Source: Nymphaea colorata
Taxonomy: Eukaryota
DNA length: 64,000 nucleotides
Direction of reading: 5' to 3'
Assembly: GCF_008831285.2 (NCBI RefSeq)
Contig: NC_045138.2
Span: 6,882,001-6,946,000, forward strand
The notes under the pieces are model-generated. The model made no database searches and was not told the origin of the DNA. It saw nothing but the letters and a program-made list of their open reading frames with translations. Below are positions 44,040-56,002 of this stretch, in pieces. Both the position numbers and the translations under genes were made by a program. How positions within the stretch are numbered: position 1 is the first letter of the stretch; each line of letters opens with the position of its first letter.

Positions 44040-44438
44040 GGCATTTGAACGCATGGCATTTAAACGTCTGGCATTAAAATGTCAGGCATTTGATACCACG
44101 TATTTGGAAGGTGGAACTAAGGTTCCTCGTTTAATTGTTCTCCGTATTAAAATACCATGTTTGATGCACATGGTATTTAAATACCATCTCTACCTTCTTT
44201 CAGCGTTGTGAAACATTTGATCACAGGCCTTCTTTCAGCAGATGATTTTCGCGAGAAGAAGCGACGGTGGGACTTTGAGCTGATACTTGGGATCTTTGGG
44301 AACACAACGACAGTACTTTCCAACTCGATTGGAAGCTGCAGATTTGAGTGGTATTTTCTCTTCCTCATACAATGAAAAGAGTTTGATGAAATTGTTAGAA
44401 TTTGCATTAGTTTCTGCCGCATTTCGTGGTGCTCGAGG

Positions 44439-44764
44439 CTATGTCAGAGTGGTACGTGGGGAGGCCCACGTACCCGTACCGGAACGGCAGTACGTCTTGG
44501 TACGTTCTTCCTCCTTCTTTCTCATACATAATACCTATGTCACTTTAAATGAACCTATTTTCACATGATGCTTCTTCCTCCTTCTTCCTTACCTTCATAC
44601 AACATATCTACGGCAAAAATAACATCAATTTCTTGTATTTATGCTACTTTTTTTGTTGATTTCATGTATATAATTAATTAAAATATATAACTATCGCCAT
44701 ACCGCCGTACCAAGATTGGCGAAAATGCCATACCCATCCCAGCACCCGCACCTATGTGACATAG
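44439..44764. mobile_element. hAT-type MITE (CTATGTCA family)
   Basis: TIR CTATGTCA/TGACATAG; TSD GCTCGAGG/GCTCCAGG (1 mismatch). Confidence 0.85.
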
Positions 44765-45299
44765 GCTCCAGGTGACCACATCCCTCTCGGTCATTTGATC
44801 AAATAGGAGGCGCACAAACCCTACATCAACACAAGGTATTATTGTGCCAGTTCGTCGAACACTTTCCTGATGCTCGTTATTTCACCACAAGAAAAGTACA
44901 TGTGCATCAAAAGGTTTTGAATAAATATGTCGAGTTCACGCCCATCTCACGCACACCTGCAAGACAAAAAGGGTCTGGCGAAACTGTGGCAACCAACACC
45001 TGCATATACAAGAAAATGGCTAGAATTGGGGCCTTGCTCTTTGAGAAGCCACAGATCATGATGTTCTAGGCGAAGATTGGAGGATGGGCAAGCTGGTGAA
45101 AGATGCCACAAACGTAATCAAGATAATCGTGTTCTGGTATTGCACAAAGACACAAATTTTAGAAGAGAAATACTCATTTAGAATGCATCCGGAGACAATC
45201 GCTTGGGTATGGACCTGTTTCAATTCCCTCAAGACAAACAGAGGGACAGGGAGCAACAGGGAATGAGAGGAAGGGAGACGGAGAGAGACAGATAACGAG

Positions 45300-45303
<4 letters not shown>

Positions 45304-45360
<57 letters not shown>

Positions 45361-45400
45361 TAGATAGATAGATAGATAGATAAATAGAGAGAGAGAGAGA
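45304..45400. repeat. (TA)n(GATA)n(GA)n compound microsatellite
   Basis: Seen directly, just inside the predicted USP leader intron. Confidence 0.95.
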
Positions 45401-45427
45401 GGGAGAAAGAGAGACGACCTTCCATAC

Positions 45428-45560
45428 CTGAGAGGAGAGGAGATCGTGAGGACGCTGCCCTCTGAGCTGAACCCAACTTCGATGAAAATGGAGAAGCCCA
45501 GAAAAGGGACAGAAGGAGTGAAAGGGTTATTGCGCATGGAAGAAAGGCAAGTGTACAGGT
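45428..45560 (-). other. USP: Predicted non-coding first exon of USP (5' UTR); 5' end uncertain
   Basis: Pyrimidine-rich exon ending CTCTCAG|GTATGG at 45428. A matching acceptor TTTTTGCAG| starts an exon at 42802, 41 nt before the ATG. Confidence 0.6.
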
Positions 45561-48499
45561 GGAATTAAACACCCAGGGGAAACTTTATTGCTGGTATTGA
45601 GATACCAGGTCTATCAAAACCTCTCACGAATTAATTTCCATCTTTGACGGAAGGTATCGGAAAACCATTTGTCGATGATGGAAGTAAAGTGCCTCTGCTA
45701 CAATGGAATTCTTCCTATTCAAACACCACGAAGGCATAAGCCTTGTGGCATTGAACTGTTTTAGCTACAAAAATATCAAGGAAAAATATGTCGCAACCAA
45801 TATGGCCTTAACCTATAAAGATGGAACATGCTAGAGGTTTAGCCAATGCATCATAATCAACTCAAGATTTATTTTGTTCTAGATAGGGCTGCAATGACTA
45901 ACGTCAACTCTCAGTTCATAAGTCATCTTTGGGAGAAATTTCAATCAGATGAATCAGGACATGTACGAGAAAAACTTCACATATTGTTTCTTGGTTCATT
46001 GGAGTATCAATCACAAGAACATGGACAGATGGACCTTGCCGAAAAACCTATGCCGGTAGAGATTAATCCCAGACTGATAAAAATGGGTATATTTGGTTTT
46101 CAAGAAGATAGCCTGGACGAGAACTTTTCACGTGTGAAATCCATATGTGAAGGTGAGAGACAGACATACAACAAAGACACACTGAGCAATTTGTAAGTTA
46201 TTTCTGTGACTTGATCCAGTATACATGAAGAAGATAAATTCCCGCTGCATCTGTTGACTTCGATTTCTTTCGCCACTTGCCTTCCTATAATCCTAACTTG
46301 TAAGGTAATACTATTTTTGATAACAATGGAGATTTTCTTGAGGCTCAGAAGTGAAACACCCCATTCAGTGAAACGTCCTTGTTTCTTAAAACCATCATAG
46401 TAATAATTTTATAAAAGTACAAGAAATTAGATGGCAAAAAGTTACTCGAACGAGTACTTAAAATGCATGCTTCCCATTCTGTGTTTTTAGAGAAAAAGTA
46501 ATCGAACTGCTCCGATCAGGTAATTATCATCTCCCCAAAACGTGTTGAAAGTGCACCAATGGATATATATGTGTATTATAGAAAATTGTAAGACATTAGG
46601 TTCATATCTTCATCTCAATTGGTACAATTTGGACACTTTCAGAATAATAAGTGGTGAAAATAATGTACGAAATGAAAGACCAAACATGTAGATAATTTTT
46701 AATAAAATAATTGAGCACTCGCTCTGTCTTAGTTGGAGATATTTTGAGCTGCTCAAACATCATTTACAGATGCAAAAAACTTCTCATTAACCCGCAATAA
46801 AACTTCTCCTACAGTCGCTAATTTTAACTCCAAACACTCTGTCCTAAACAGGATTGGGCTCAACTTGCTGACATGACATGGCACGATCGGATCGCCTTGG
46901 TCACCTAAAACATATTCTGCAAACTTTCCTTCCGCATACAAATGAGCATGGATGGTCACCTGATCTACTTATTACATTCTTCTGCACTCTTTTCAGTTTA
47001 TCATCCAACGACAGAGAAGAAAATTTCAAACGGATTGGGCAACAGAAATTCAAGCATCCAAGGTTATTCAAGAAACAATATCATGACAGCTAGGGACATA
47101 TGTTTCACGAATTCAATCAGAAAAGGAAAAATCCAAAGAGGGGAGGGCAACCATTTACCTCTTGCTCGGCAATGTGATTCCACCAAAGAGGAAGTGTCGA
47201 AGATACCTGCAAAAAATAACTGCTCCAATCAACAACCTTGTGGGCGACCCCTTTTTGGGCGTTTCTGAAAGGGAGACAGCGAGAGGAAGAGAGAAAGACA
47301 GAGACAGGCAAACGCAGGCAGATGGTTTTTGAAGGAACCACGGTCCACCAAAATTGATTTTCTAAAGGAACCACAGGCACACAAGAAAACAGCCGGGAGT
47401 TTTCTTCTACGTTTGTTTAGGCGTTTTACTATAATACCAGCAATTCAAACGCCCGTTGAACGATTATGAAGAAGTATGAGCCGAAGAGCACGGTGAAGAC
47501 GACGAGCGGCACAATGCAGAGGCGATCCCGGAGATTTTAAAGACAAAAAAAAAAGGGACAAAGAGGAATATACCGCATTTTTCGAAGAAAAACATTATAA
47601 ACGCAATCTCTTTTGTTTGAGGAAAAATATTGCGATTATAAATATTTGTATTTCAAAAATGCGATATTCATTTCACCTGCATTTTGTGTTTTTTATATGT
47701 GAAAAACATAAAGTCACTTAGTTACTTGCTTATTTGAAATGCTTAGTCTTAAACATGCAAGTCGAGTATAATTAATAGAACAAATTATAAGAACTTATCT
47801 AATGTTCCCACAACTAACAAATGAATGGTCGAGTTTTTAAAATTAATAAATGGGGACACAACTTTTGTGAAAATTTCTCAATTGACCGCTTATCAAGAAA
47901 AGTTGTTTTTTTTCATAAAATGGTAAAATGTTCCTCAAAAAAGACCAATTTTCTAAAAGATATGTTTATTTTTAAGAAGGGAATTTTGATATTTTATACC
48001 AAAAATTAAATATCCCTTTAGCGGGTGCGTTTTCCAAAATTTCTATAAAAAAGTGAGTACATGTATTTTAACTTTTAAAAGTTGAGTGGTGTTTGTTGTC
48101 TGCCAAATTTAACCAAAACTTTTTATATTTGTTTGTCAAGTAACTTTTAAAGGTTTTTTTGTATTTTTTTGCAAAGTAATGTGAGTTTAATACCAATATT
48201 AGCTTCACATGGAATAAAATTTTGAAATGTGGTCATACTTTTATGATCTAAACCAATTGTTCGTAATTTGACAAACAAACAAGTAGTTATAGGTTGTTTT
48301 ACATTATTTTATTTAAGTAGAACTAATGGCCACCTTATTTGAGTTTGTTGATAATAGATTTTTCACCATTTAATTTTTTTAAGGGACTAACTTCAACAAG
48401 CACATAGAATGGGCATAACATGACTAGTCGAGCAGCATGTGGGTATACAAAAAAAAATGCACTGCCTATTTGATTTTCATGGGTACTATTTTATTGAAC

Positions 48500-48622
48500 T
48501 GTCAAATGTGAGATTATGACACTTTAGTTAACAAGTATATTGTCAAATGTGAAATGATGATACTTTAGTTAACAAGTGTATTTTTGAAGGTGAGATTATG
48601 ACACTTTAGTTAACAGGTGTAT
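48500..48622 (+). repeat. ~41-bp tandem repeat, 3 copies
   Basis: TGTCAAATGTGAGATTATGACACTTTAGTTAACAAGTATAT and variants. Confidence 0.85.
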
Positions 48623-49530
48623 ATATCATACCGAGTTCAAAAATACCGGTTTTGAGGGAACGTGGGGTCTTGCTTCCAAAATGTAAATGTGCTTTTTTTT
48701 ATTTATTCTCCAAAATAATTTCTTACTTGTCAAGGCTAATCTATTAAATGATATTGATAAACGTAACTACTTTTACTATTTAAAGATGTCGGCATGTTGG
48801 GGTTGTAATTCATTTTTAATCGTTATTCCCTTTTAAGAATACTTGTGTCAAATTTTATGTGAACAAAACATATTTATTAATAAATTAATTTATCCCTTAA
48901 AAGCTGCTTTTGAAATTTTGGGTGACCTTCTTTCACTAACCAGTCGATGTGAAAATAGGAAAAAGAAAAAATGTTTTTTGGAGCATCAATAAAATTTTGC
49001 ATCCACTTACAAGTAGACATCGCTAATATATTTATTTTTCTTGACCCATATCCGTGTGTATTGCATTTATGCCAAACATAAATAGGTGCGACAAAATTGA
49101 AAAAAACGTGAAACAAAAAACCTAAAATGATTACCTCCAATAAGAAAACAACATGATGATATTCAACAAGAAAATAGAGAAGACATAAATCAAATATAAT
49201 AAACAAGAAAAGATACCAACCAAATAGAATAGACAAGAAGAAAATAAAAAAGACATGAACCAAATAGAATAAAGCAACTACCTTACTAGCAGCTAATACT
49301 CTTTTACGAGACAACATACCTAACCCAAATCTGATCATTAATCAAATTCAGATTCTTTTACCAAATTGTGGCTAAATGAATTCAAAATTAAATTGGTAAC
49401 TAGAAAAATCCGATCCATTTAAACACAAAATAACAATTTAAAAAAAAAATTGGTTTGAGCTAATTAGGCGAGACTAAGTGTATTGGGTCATGCACAACAC
49501 TTTTTTTTTTCCTTTTTTTTTGGTGCCACA

Positions 49531-49714
49531 AGGGAGGGGGCGCAGGGGCCTTGGCTCCTTTAGACTTTAAAAACCTTAAAAATTAATATGTAAATCTAAA
49601 AATTTTTAGTTTAATATATATATATAAATTTTGAAAAATTTTATTTTGGCCCCTATTAAAATTATGAAACTATAGTTTAGACTATGCAACAAAAAATTCC
49701 TGGCTCCGCCCCTG
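49531..49714. mobile_element. Short MITE remnant (CAGGGGCGGAGCC TIR)
   Basis: Right end AAATTCCTGGCTCCGCCCCTG; left end degenerate. Confidence 0.55.
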
Positions 49715-50087
49715 GGAGCAGCTTCAGTTCACATTCTCACTCAAGCGGTCGGATACTCATTCAATTCATGGGATTTTGTGCATATGCACCACTGGTTAAC
49801 CTAAGTTTCATTCATCTAAATAACACAAGCCCTAAATATCTTGAGAAAATTAATGTGACGGTTATATGCATGCTAGTGGCTTATACTTGATCAAGTTTTA
49901 GGTAAAACTTACTCTTACTACAAATTGGAATTGGGTCTTTTAATTTAGCTCTTGATACGTCCCTAGATCTAAGACAAACAGACTGGAAAATTGGAACTCC
50001 GATGTTGTGAATGTTTTTGTACCTAATATCTTGTTTATGTATAGAAATGTTGGAAAGCGCATATTGATTACTAACTAGCACCCACAA

Positions 50088-50265
50088 AGAGCCTGGTGAA
50101 GAAATGGTGTACCTTAAGCTTGGTGTTTTGTATCAACACCATATATGATCAATGAGTTTAGCGCCAATGAGAATTGAACCATGAATATGAAACTTACGTA
50201 CCTTCAGTTTAACCAGCTACGCTACGCACCAGAGGCTCTGCTACGCTACGCACCAGAGGCTCTGC
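50088..50265 (-). mobile_element. tRNA-derived SINE-like fragment with duplicated 24-bp head
   Basis: Minus strand has A-box-like TAGCGTAGCTGG and B-box GGTTCAATTC about 35 nt apart; GCTACGCTACGCACCAGAGGCTCT is duplicated at 50216-50263. Confidence 0.45.
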
Positions 50266-50589
50266 AGACTCTCCATTACAGTGATAGATACTTTCAGTTA
50301 TCTTCATAAACTATATCACCAATTTCCAATATTTTATCCTCAGATGCTTTTTTTTTTTAATATGAAAAACGCACAATCAAGAAACAAATGTAGATCGAGT
50401 ACATCTAATTATTTATTGACATAAAATGATTAAAAATAAAGTAGCTTACACATGACAATAATTCATACATAGAAACGAAGTAGCCTAAACTTTGATTATC
50501 ATTTTCTTGTATACCTACGTCACCTAACAGTTGTTCGTCTTTAACGATTGATGCACTCGTAGTAACCTTAGATGCACATGCCCAACTCC

Positions 50590-51050
50590 TAGGGCTGCAC
50601 AACGAGCCGAGCCAACTCGGGCTTGACTCGAACTCACTCGAAAAAATTCGGCTCGTGCTTGACTAGTTTATAAACGAGCTCAGTTTGAACTTACAAAGAT
50701 ACTCGAAACGATAAACGAGTCGAGTTCAAGTTTCAAGAACTCGACTTGTTTATATTCGCAAACTGATACCCCATATAATATTATAAAAACTGGTTTCACA
50801 AGCTACACGACTTAAATGCTTACACAAGTTAAATGAGTTACACTAGTTGGCGCTAACATGAGTTAGACGAGTTAATGCTTACACGAGTTAACGCTAAGCG
50901 AGTTAACGCTAAACGAGTTAATGCCTAAATTAAATGAGTTGAGTTCGAGCTCGATTTTGTGTAGTCAAGTCGAGTTCGAGCTTGTTATAAGGAGCTCAAC
51001 TCGAGTTTGAGCAAGCTCAAGTTTTTTGAGCCGAGTCGAGCTTGAGCTGG
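50590..51050. mobile_element. hAT-type MITE (TAGGGCTGCA TIR, CGAGC/CTCGA arrays) with right TIR missing
   Basis: Starts TAGGGCTGCACAACGAGCCGAGCC; 8-mer CCAACTCC on both sides (50582-50589, 51051-51058). Confidence 0.8.
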
Positions 51051-51324
51051 CCAACTCCACCACTAGAAACAAACAATAACAATGATCAATGTCAGCCAAA
51101 AGAGAATAAGATCGATGCACCATGAACAATGAATGAAGGAAATTCATCATTGAACAAAATAACAAGTTTTCAACTAATTATTTTAGTGTTATAGGAAAGG
51201 AAACAAACATCAGATTCACAAGAAAAACCAAAAGCATTATGAGAAGACGTCAGTTTTCCCATGTGCAAGTGAATCCACCTTTTTTTTGTAGGGGGTGCAG
51301 GCTTTGATATCTGCCCTTGCAGGT

Positions 51325-51712
51325 AAGTACCAATGTCAATGGATCAGATTTGAATCAGATCTGTCCTTAATTGTATATGTTTTTCAAATGTTCACATATT
51401 TGTACTTGAATTCAGACTTCAAATACGAACAAAAAAAGTTATATCTAAATCCGACTTTGAAATCTGATTTCACAATCAAAATCCAAGGTGAATCTGATTT
51501 TACATTGATATCTGAATCCAAATCCAACTTTAGCTGACAATACGAATCTATATCCAAATCTGATCGATTTATACATATCTGAACCCAATTAGATGTCATT
51601 TCTTAAGTCTCAATTTTATACGATTTCTTAATCCAATATTTTTTTCATATCTGATTTATTTGAAATGATTTGATCAGATATCGGATCCAAATCAGGGATA
51701 TTGATGCCCCCA
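51325..51712. mobile_element. Decayed MITE with ATCCGA/ATCTGA arrays
   Basis: TGTCAATGGATCAGAT...GATATTGATGCCCC ends; similar arrays at about 53990-54335. Confidence 0.55.
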
Positions 51713-51720
51713 CATATAAC

Positions 51721-52728
51721 CAATGTTATTAAAACCGATGGGAATCGGTCTGAATCGTTGATTCGAATCAAATCCTTCACTGGTTTGGTTCGAAGGCCGA
51801 TTCATTGCCCATAAAACATTTGCCGATGTTCATAAGAATCGTGTGAAAATCGGGCGATTCTTTGATTCCACAGCCTTCTTTTAGGGCTTGTTTGGTTGGA
51901 AGGAAATGAAGGGAAAGGGAGGGATTGAGCAATCCATCCTGTGTTTGGTTGGCTAATTAGAAAGGAGGGAAAGGAAGGGAAAGAGAGAAAGTCTGTTTAG
52001 ATGGGAGGAGAGGGAAATGAAAGGAAATGATTGTATAGTGTAAATTTAATCCCTCCCAAATCGGACGGATTGGGAGGAAAAGGAAAGGGAGTAAGTACAA
52101 AAGTGTTGACTGCCCACAATACCCCTCCACGTTTTTTTTTCTCTCTGCCTCCCAACCTTTTGACTGTTGAGGGTATTATTATAAATTGTATCGTTTCCTT
52201 TTCATTCCATTCACTTTTATCCAAACAAACTTTTATAATCACCTCTTTCCATTCCATTCCCTTCCCTTTCTCTTCCCTTCCCTTTCCATTCCTTTCCCTC
52301 TCTTTCCCTCCATCCTTTTCCTTCCCTTTCCCTCCAACCAAACAGAGCGTTAAGGTCATCTCATACAACCCACTCCAGCTTTACAAAAAAAGCCCATCAA
52401 CTTTTTTTTTACAAAATGGATCACACAACAAGTTTTAATTTTCTGCATTTGACCTTAAATAATAACTGGTTCTAAATGCAGGTTAAAAGAAAACGTTGCT
52501 AGTAGGTGCAAGTCTCCAATAAAGTGTGTTTATTGTGTTATCTTACCTTTTAGAATTTTTTTATTTTTCTGGCTGACTTTTTAGTTGTTTAATTTTTATT
52601 TAATTTTAAATTTAACATACATTTTAATCAAATCGATTAACAAATGATTCAGATTCTCATTGAATTCACCAATTTGCTGAATCATTTAGCTTTCTGATTC
52701 CACTCAAAAATTTGTTTTGATTACATTG
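51721..52728. mobile_element. hAT-type element (CAATGTT TIR) interrupted by a Tourist MITE
   Basis: TIR CAATGTTATTAAAAC/GTTTTGATTACATTG; flanks ATATAAC/ATGTAAC; GAATC/GATTC subterminal repeats. Confidence 0.7.
51884..52349. mobile_element. PIF/Harbinger Tourist-like MITE
   Basis: TIR GGGCTTGTTTGGTTGG/CCAACCAAACAGAGCG; TTA TSD on both sides; long (GGAAA)/(TTTCC) inverted arms. Confidence 0.9.
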
Positions 52729-53007
52729 ATGTAACATGATTCGCCTTCACAAAACGCTCTTATAACAAAAAAAACTCACTACAAAAGCAAGGGAAATATA
52801 CAGGAGAGAATTCATGCTCCAGTTGCAACTATAAAGACAAAATTGTAAAAGTGCAAGAAGACACATTTTGAGTGACAGTTCTACCCTTAAGAAAATGAAA
52901 AATACCGTAAGTAAAGAGAAGTTGCCCGTCCAAAGGAAATAGATCCTTTAAATGCCGGATTTGATAGCCAAAGCTGCATTAAAAAGATGTGCTTTAGAAG
53001 TATCTAT

Positions 53008-53400
53008 TAGGTTTGGCCAGGTTGATAATAGCTGGGCTTGGGTTGGCTTGATGCCCGAATCCCAAGCCTGTGAGTCCAGCATGGTTAAAATAAAAAAATT
53101 ATTTTAAAATATAAAACAAAATTTTTGAATATAAAATAATATTTTATAATAAAATATGTATCATTATTAAATAAAAATAGTCTTAAAAAATTAATCGGGT
53201 CTAATTGGGCCCGTCAAGCCCACCTGCGCGGGTTTTTTTGGATCCGATCCGGTCAGGTACCCGAGCCCGATGCCGAGGCTTAGTATGTATAATGGGCCTT
53301 TGAGGTTAAATGCATGGACCTCGACTTGCTTGATCTCGACTTGTAAATGAGTACTTAGACTTGGGTTGTTTAAAAGATAAGTTGGGTAGCTCACACTTTT
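53008..53400. mobile_element. Decayed MITE with GGGC/CCCG arrays
   Basis: GGGCTTGGGTTGG/GCCCGA repeats around an AT-rich core; related fragments at about 54497-54625, 26270-26400 and 27560-27670. Termini not resolved. Confidence 0.45.
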
Positions 53401-55599
53401 GTAAGGGCAATATGGGCAAAGCCATATAATACACTATTTAGTGCTTTGAAAGAACAATTTTAGGATCCCCAATAGAAGAAAAGGTGGCCATGTTTACGTT
53501 GTAGAATGTCATCATATGCTGCGGTGGAACGAGAAATAAAAATTTCTAGCTGGGAGGCACTCTAGGTTTTAATTTCGGACTTTTAAAATGAAGTTTATAT
53601 ATGTAAATAAAGTAAATAAAAGGAATTTTGTGGGCTGGTAGTCACTCCACCGCCGCTATCATGCAACCAACCCATGTTTCTCATTCATATTAATTTGATC
53701 TCTTTTCTTCTTTTCCATTTTCCATTTATTTTGTTTATTAAACAAACCATATAATATAACTAAAACAACTATTGATTGTGAATTATTTCTATATTTGTGA
53801 AAAAATAGGCATAAACTTAAAAATAAGAAAAATTGGCACACGAAATATCAAAATGTAAATAATAACTCATAAATCAAGTTTTAGTTTGAATTATGCACAT
53901 GTTCACGAGTCCATGCTAAAGGTTCAAACCAATTATTATCACCATCCATGCTAGGAAATTAAGAACATGAAAATAATAGCCCGAACATGTTCACCATGAT
54001 CGAATTCATACCCAAATGGATAACTATTCATACCAAAAGATACCAATCAAAAAGATCCGATATCCCACCGAACTGCATAAAAAAGGATACAGAAAAAAAT
54101 TTGACATCCGTTCAGATTTCGATTCACATTTAAGTAAATATTGGTTGGATTTGGATCAGACATAAGTTTAAATAAATATCATATACTCAATATCTATAAT
54201 ATGGCTTACATTCAGTTTTAAAATCAGATTTGGATTCAGATGGTATTCTAAAAATCAGATCCGGATCAGTTTCATATTAGGAATTCAGATTTCAGATTTG
54301 AATATGATACAGATTGTTCTTAGTCTGAATTCGCATGTGGTTTAGCAAACCTTCAACAATTGTTACAAGATGGTGCCTTCTACGGACCCTTTACGGTTTA
54401 TGTCTACATGGCAATATATATACATATACACACACGTATATGTAGGTGTCATCACACGTCAAAGAATGGTGCATATATGGGCTCTCGCCACTAACATTAA
54501 GCTTGGGCATCGGGCTGGATACCCGACTAACTTAGTGCCCAGCACGACTTGGGCCGGGCTCGGGCCTGAAAATTAAGCACTGACCTGGTCAGATAAGTTG
54601 TCAGGCTAGCCCGGGTTGGCTCGACGTCAGTAAAGTTCCACTCTCATAGCTCTGCTTACAGATGCTCTTGACTAGATGTCACTGAAGAGTAAAGATGTTA
54701 TTTATGTAGAATGCCATTTTGCTAAAACACCGTGCTCACTCCTTTTCTTTTTAAGTTTTTATTTTCCATTTTGGTCATTTGAATTGAAAGATGGGCCTCG
54801 AGCACTTGAAGGACGGTCTTGAACAGTAAAACGGTTGAAGTTTGACAATTACTACGTGAGGGTAAGAATTTAATGTTAGCTTCTGTTTCCACTTGATTTT
54901 ACCATTTATGAATCCATGTGTGATTCATGAAGGAAGTTAAAAAGAAAAAAAACTGAAGACCTACCGGCTTTACCAACAGATGTTATTCTATTCGAGGATC
55001 CAAGATCCAAGATCCAAAATAACTGACAAGTGAGTCTAGCTTGTATATATCCCCTTTTTACTGTTTTCATGCCATTGGATAATGTGTAATTGTCTCATGC
55101 CAAATCTATGCTTAATCATTGAAATCATTCATATCGAACTTTTGTAACATTATAACCAGGGGCAGAGCCACTTGTGGGTGGGCAATTGACCACACAGGCC
55201 AATAAAAAACTATTGTTTATATATCAGTTAACCCCGGCCCATGCATGAGAATGTACATTGTTTTATTTTATTTTATTTACTTCTTTTTAATATGCAAGTT
55301 GCAGAGATTGCAAGCAAAGGAATGAAGTTGTGGAGTCTTTGAGTCGAGAGCTGTAGAAGAAAACCTTCTAATGGAAATTGGGTTCTTGGAAAACCCTCTA
55401 TGCACAAAGCTTCTTTTTGGAAATTGGGTACTTGGAAAATCCCTGTTCGTATAACAAGAATTATGGTCCGCGCTTTTTAGTGACTCAAAAAGTTCATGTT
55501 TATGACAAGTTATTTTGTATAATATTCTAGCACCAAATGTACTCTCAAAATTGTGATTTATCAGATATATTGAATTATATAAAAAAAAAATGTAAGTCT

Positions 55600-56002
55600 T
55601 TACTACTGTGCAAAAAATGTTAGTAAACGTATACGTCCATACGTCGTTAGTATATAAAGTTGTACCAATATTAAAGCAAATGTCAGTAAATGCAAAATTA
55701 GAGTGATGTTTAGTAGACGTTGGCAAAAATTTTTTTACTGATGACCGAAAAGTCAGTATATATTTGCTTCTCACTGACGTTTATTAATGCCAGAAAAGGC
55801 AAGCCTACACTGGCATTCTCCAAAATGTCAATAAATGTATGATTACATTAATGTCCTTTGCATAAACGTCAGTAGTAGTTTTGCTGACAATATCTGGACT
55901 AATGTTTAACAGCAAATGTCAGTAAAACCTTCACAAATGTTATTAAGAGATTTAGTGACGTTTTTTTTTGTTCACGCCAATAAATCTATATATTTTGTGG
56001 TG
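55600..56002. mobile_element. CACTA-like non-autonomous remnant
   Basis: GTCAGTAAA/TACTGAC subterminal motifs in both orientations; right end TTTTGTGGTG resembles ...TAGTG. Confidence 0.45.

Noticed and set aside
45846..46196. 116-aa ATG ORF on the plus strand
   Set aside because: No recognisable domain; splice and leader signals in the region favour the minus strand. Cannot be fully excluded without a search.
48877..49338. 153-aa hydrophobic ORF
   Set aside because: Produced by A-rich low-complexity DNA read on the minus strand; no family motif.
50160..50230. Functional tRNA gene
   Set aside because: A/B boxes are present but no convincing cloverleaf or acceptor stem; treated as SINE-like.
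51997..52438. 123-aa and 135-aa ORFs
   Set aside because: Translations of the purine/pyrimidine arms of the Tourist MITE.
55277..55774. 165-aa minus-strand ORF
   Set aside because: Spans TE remnants, has a non-ATG start and no motif.
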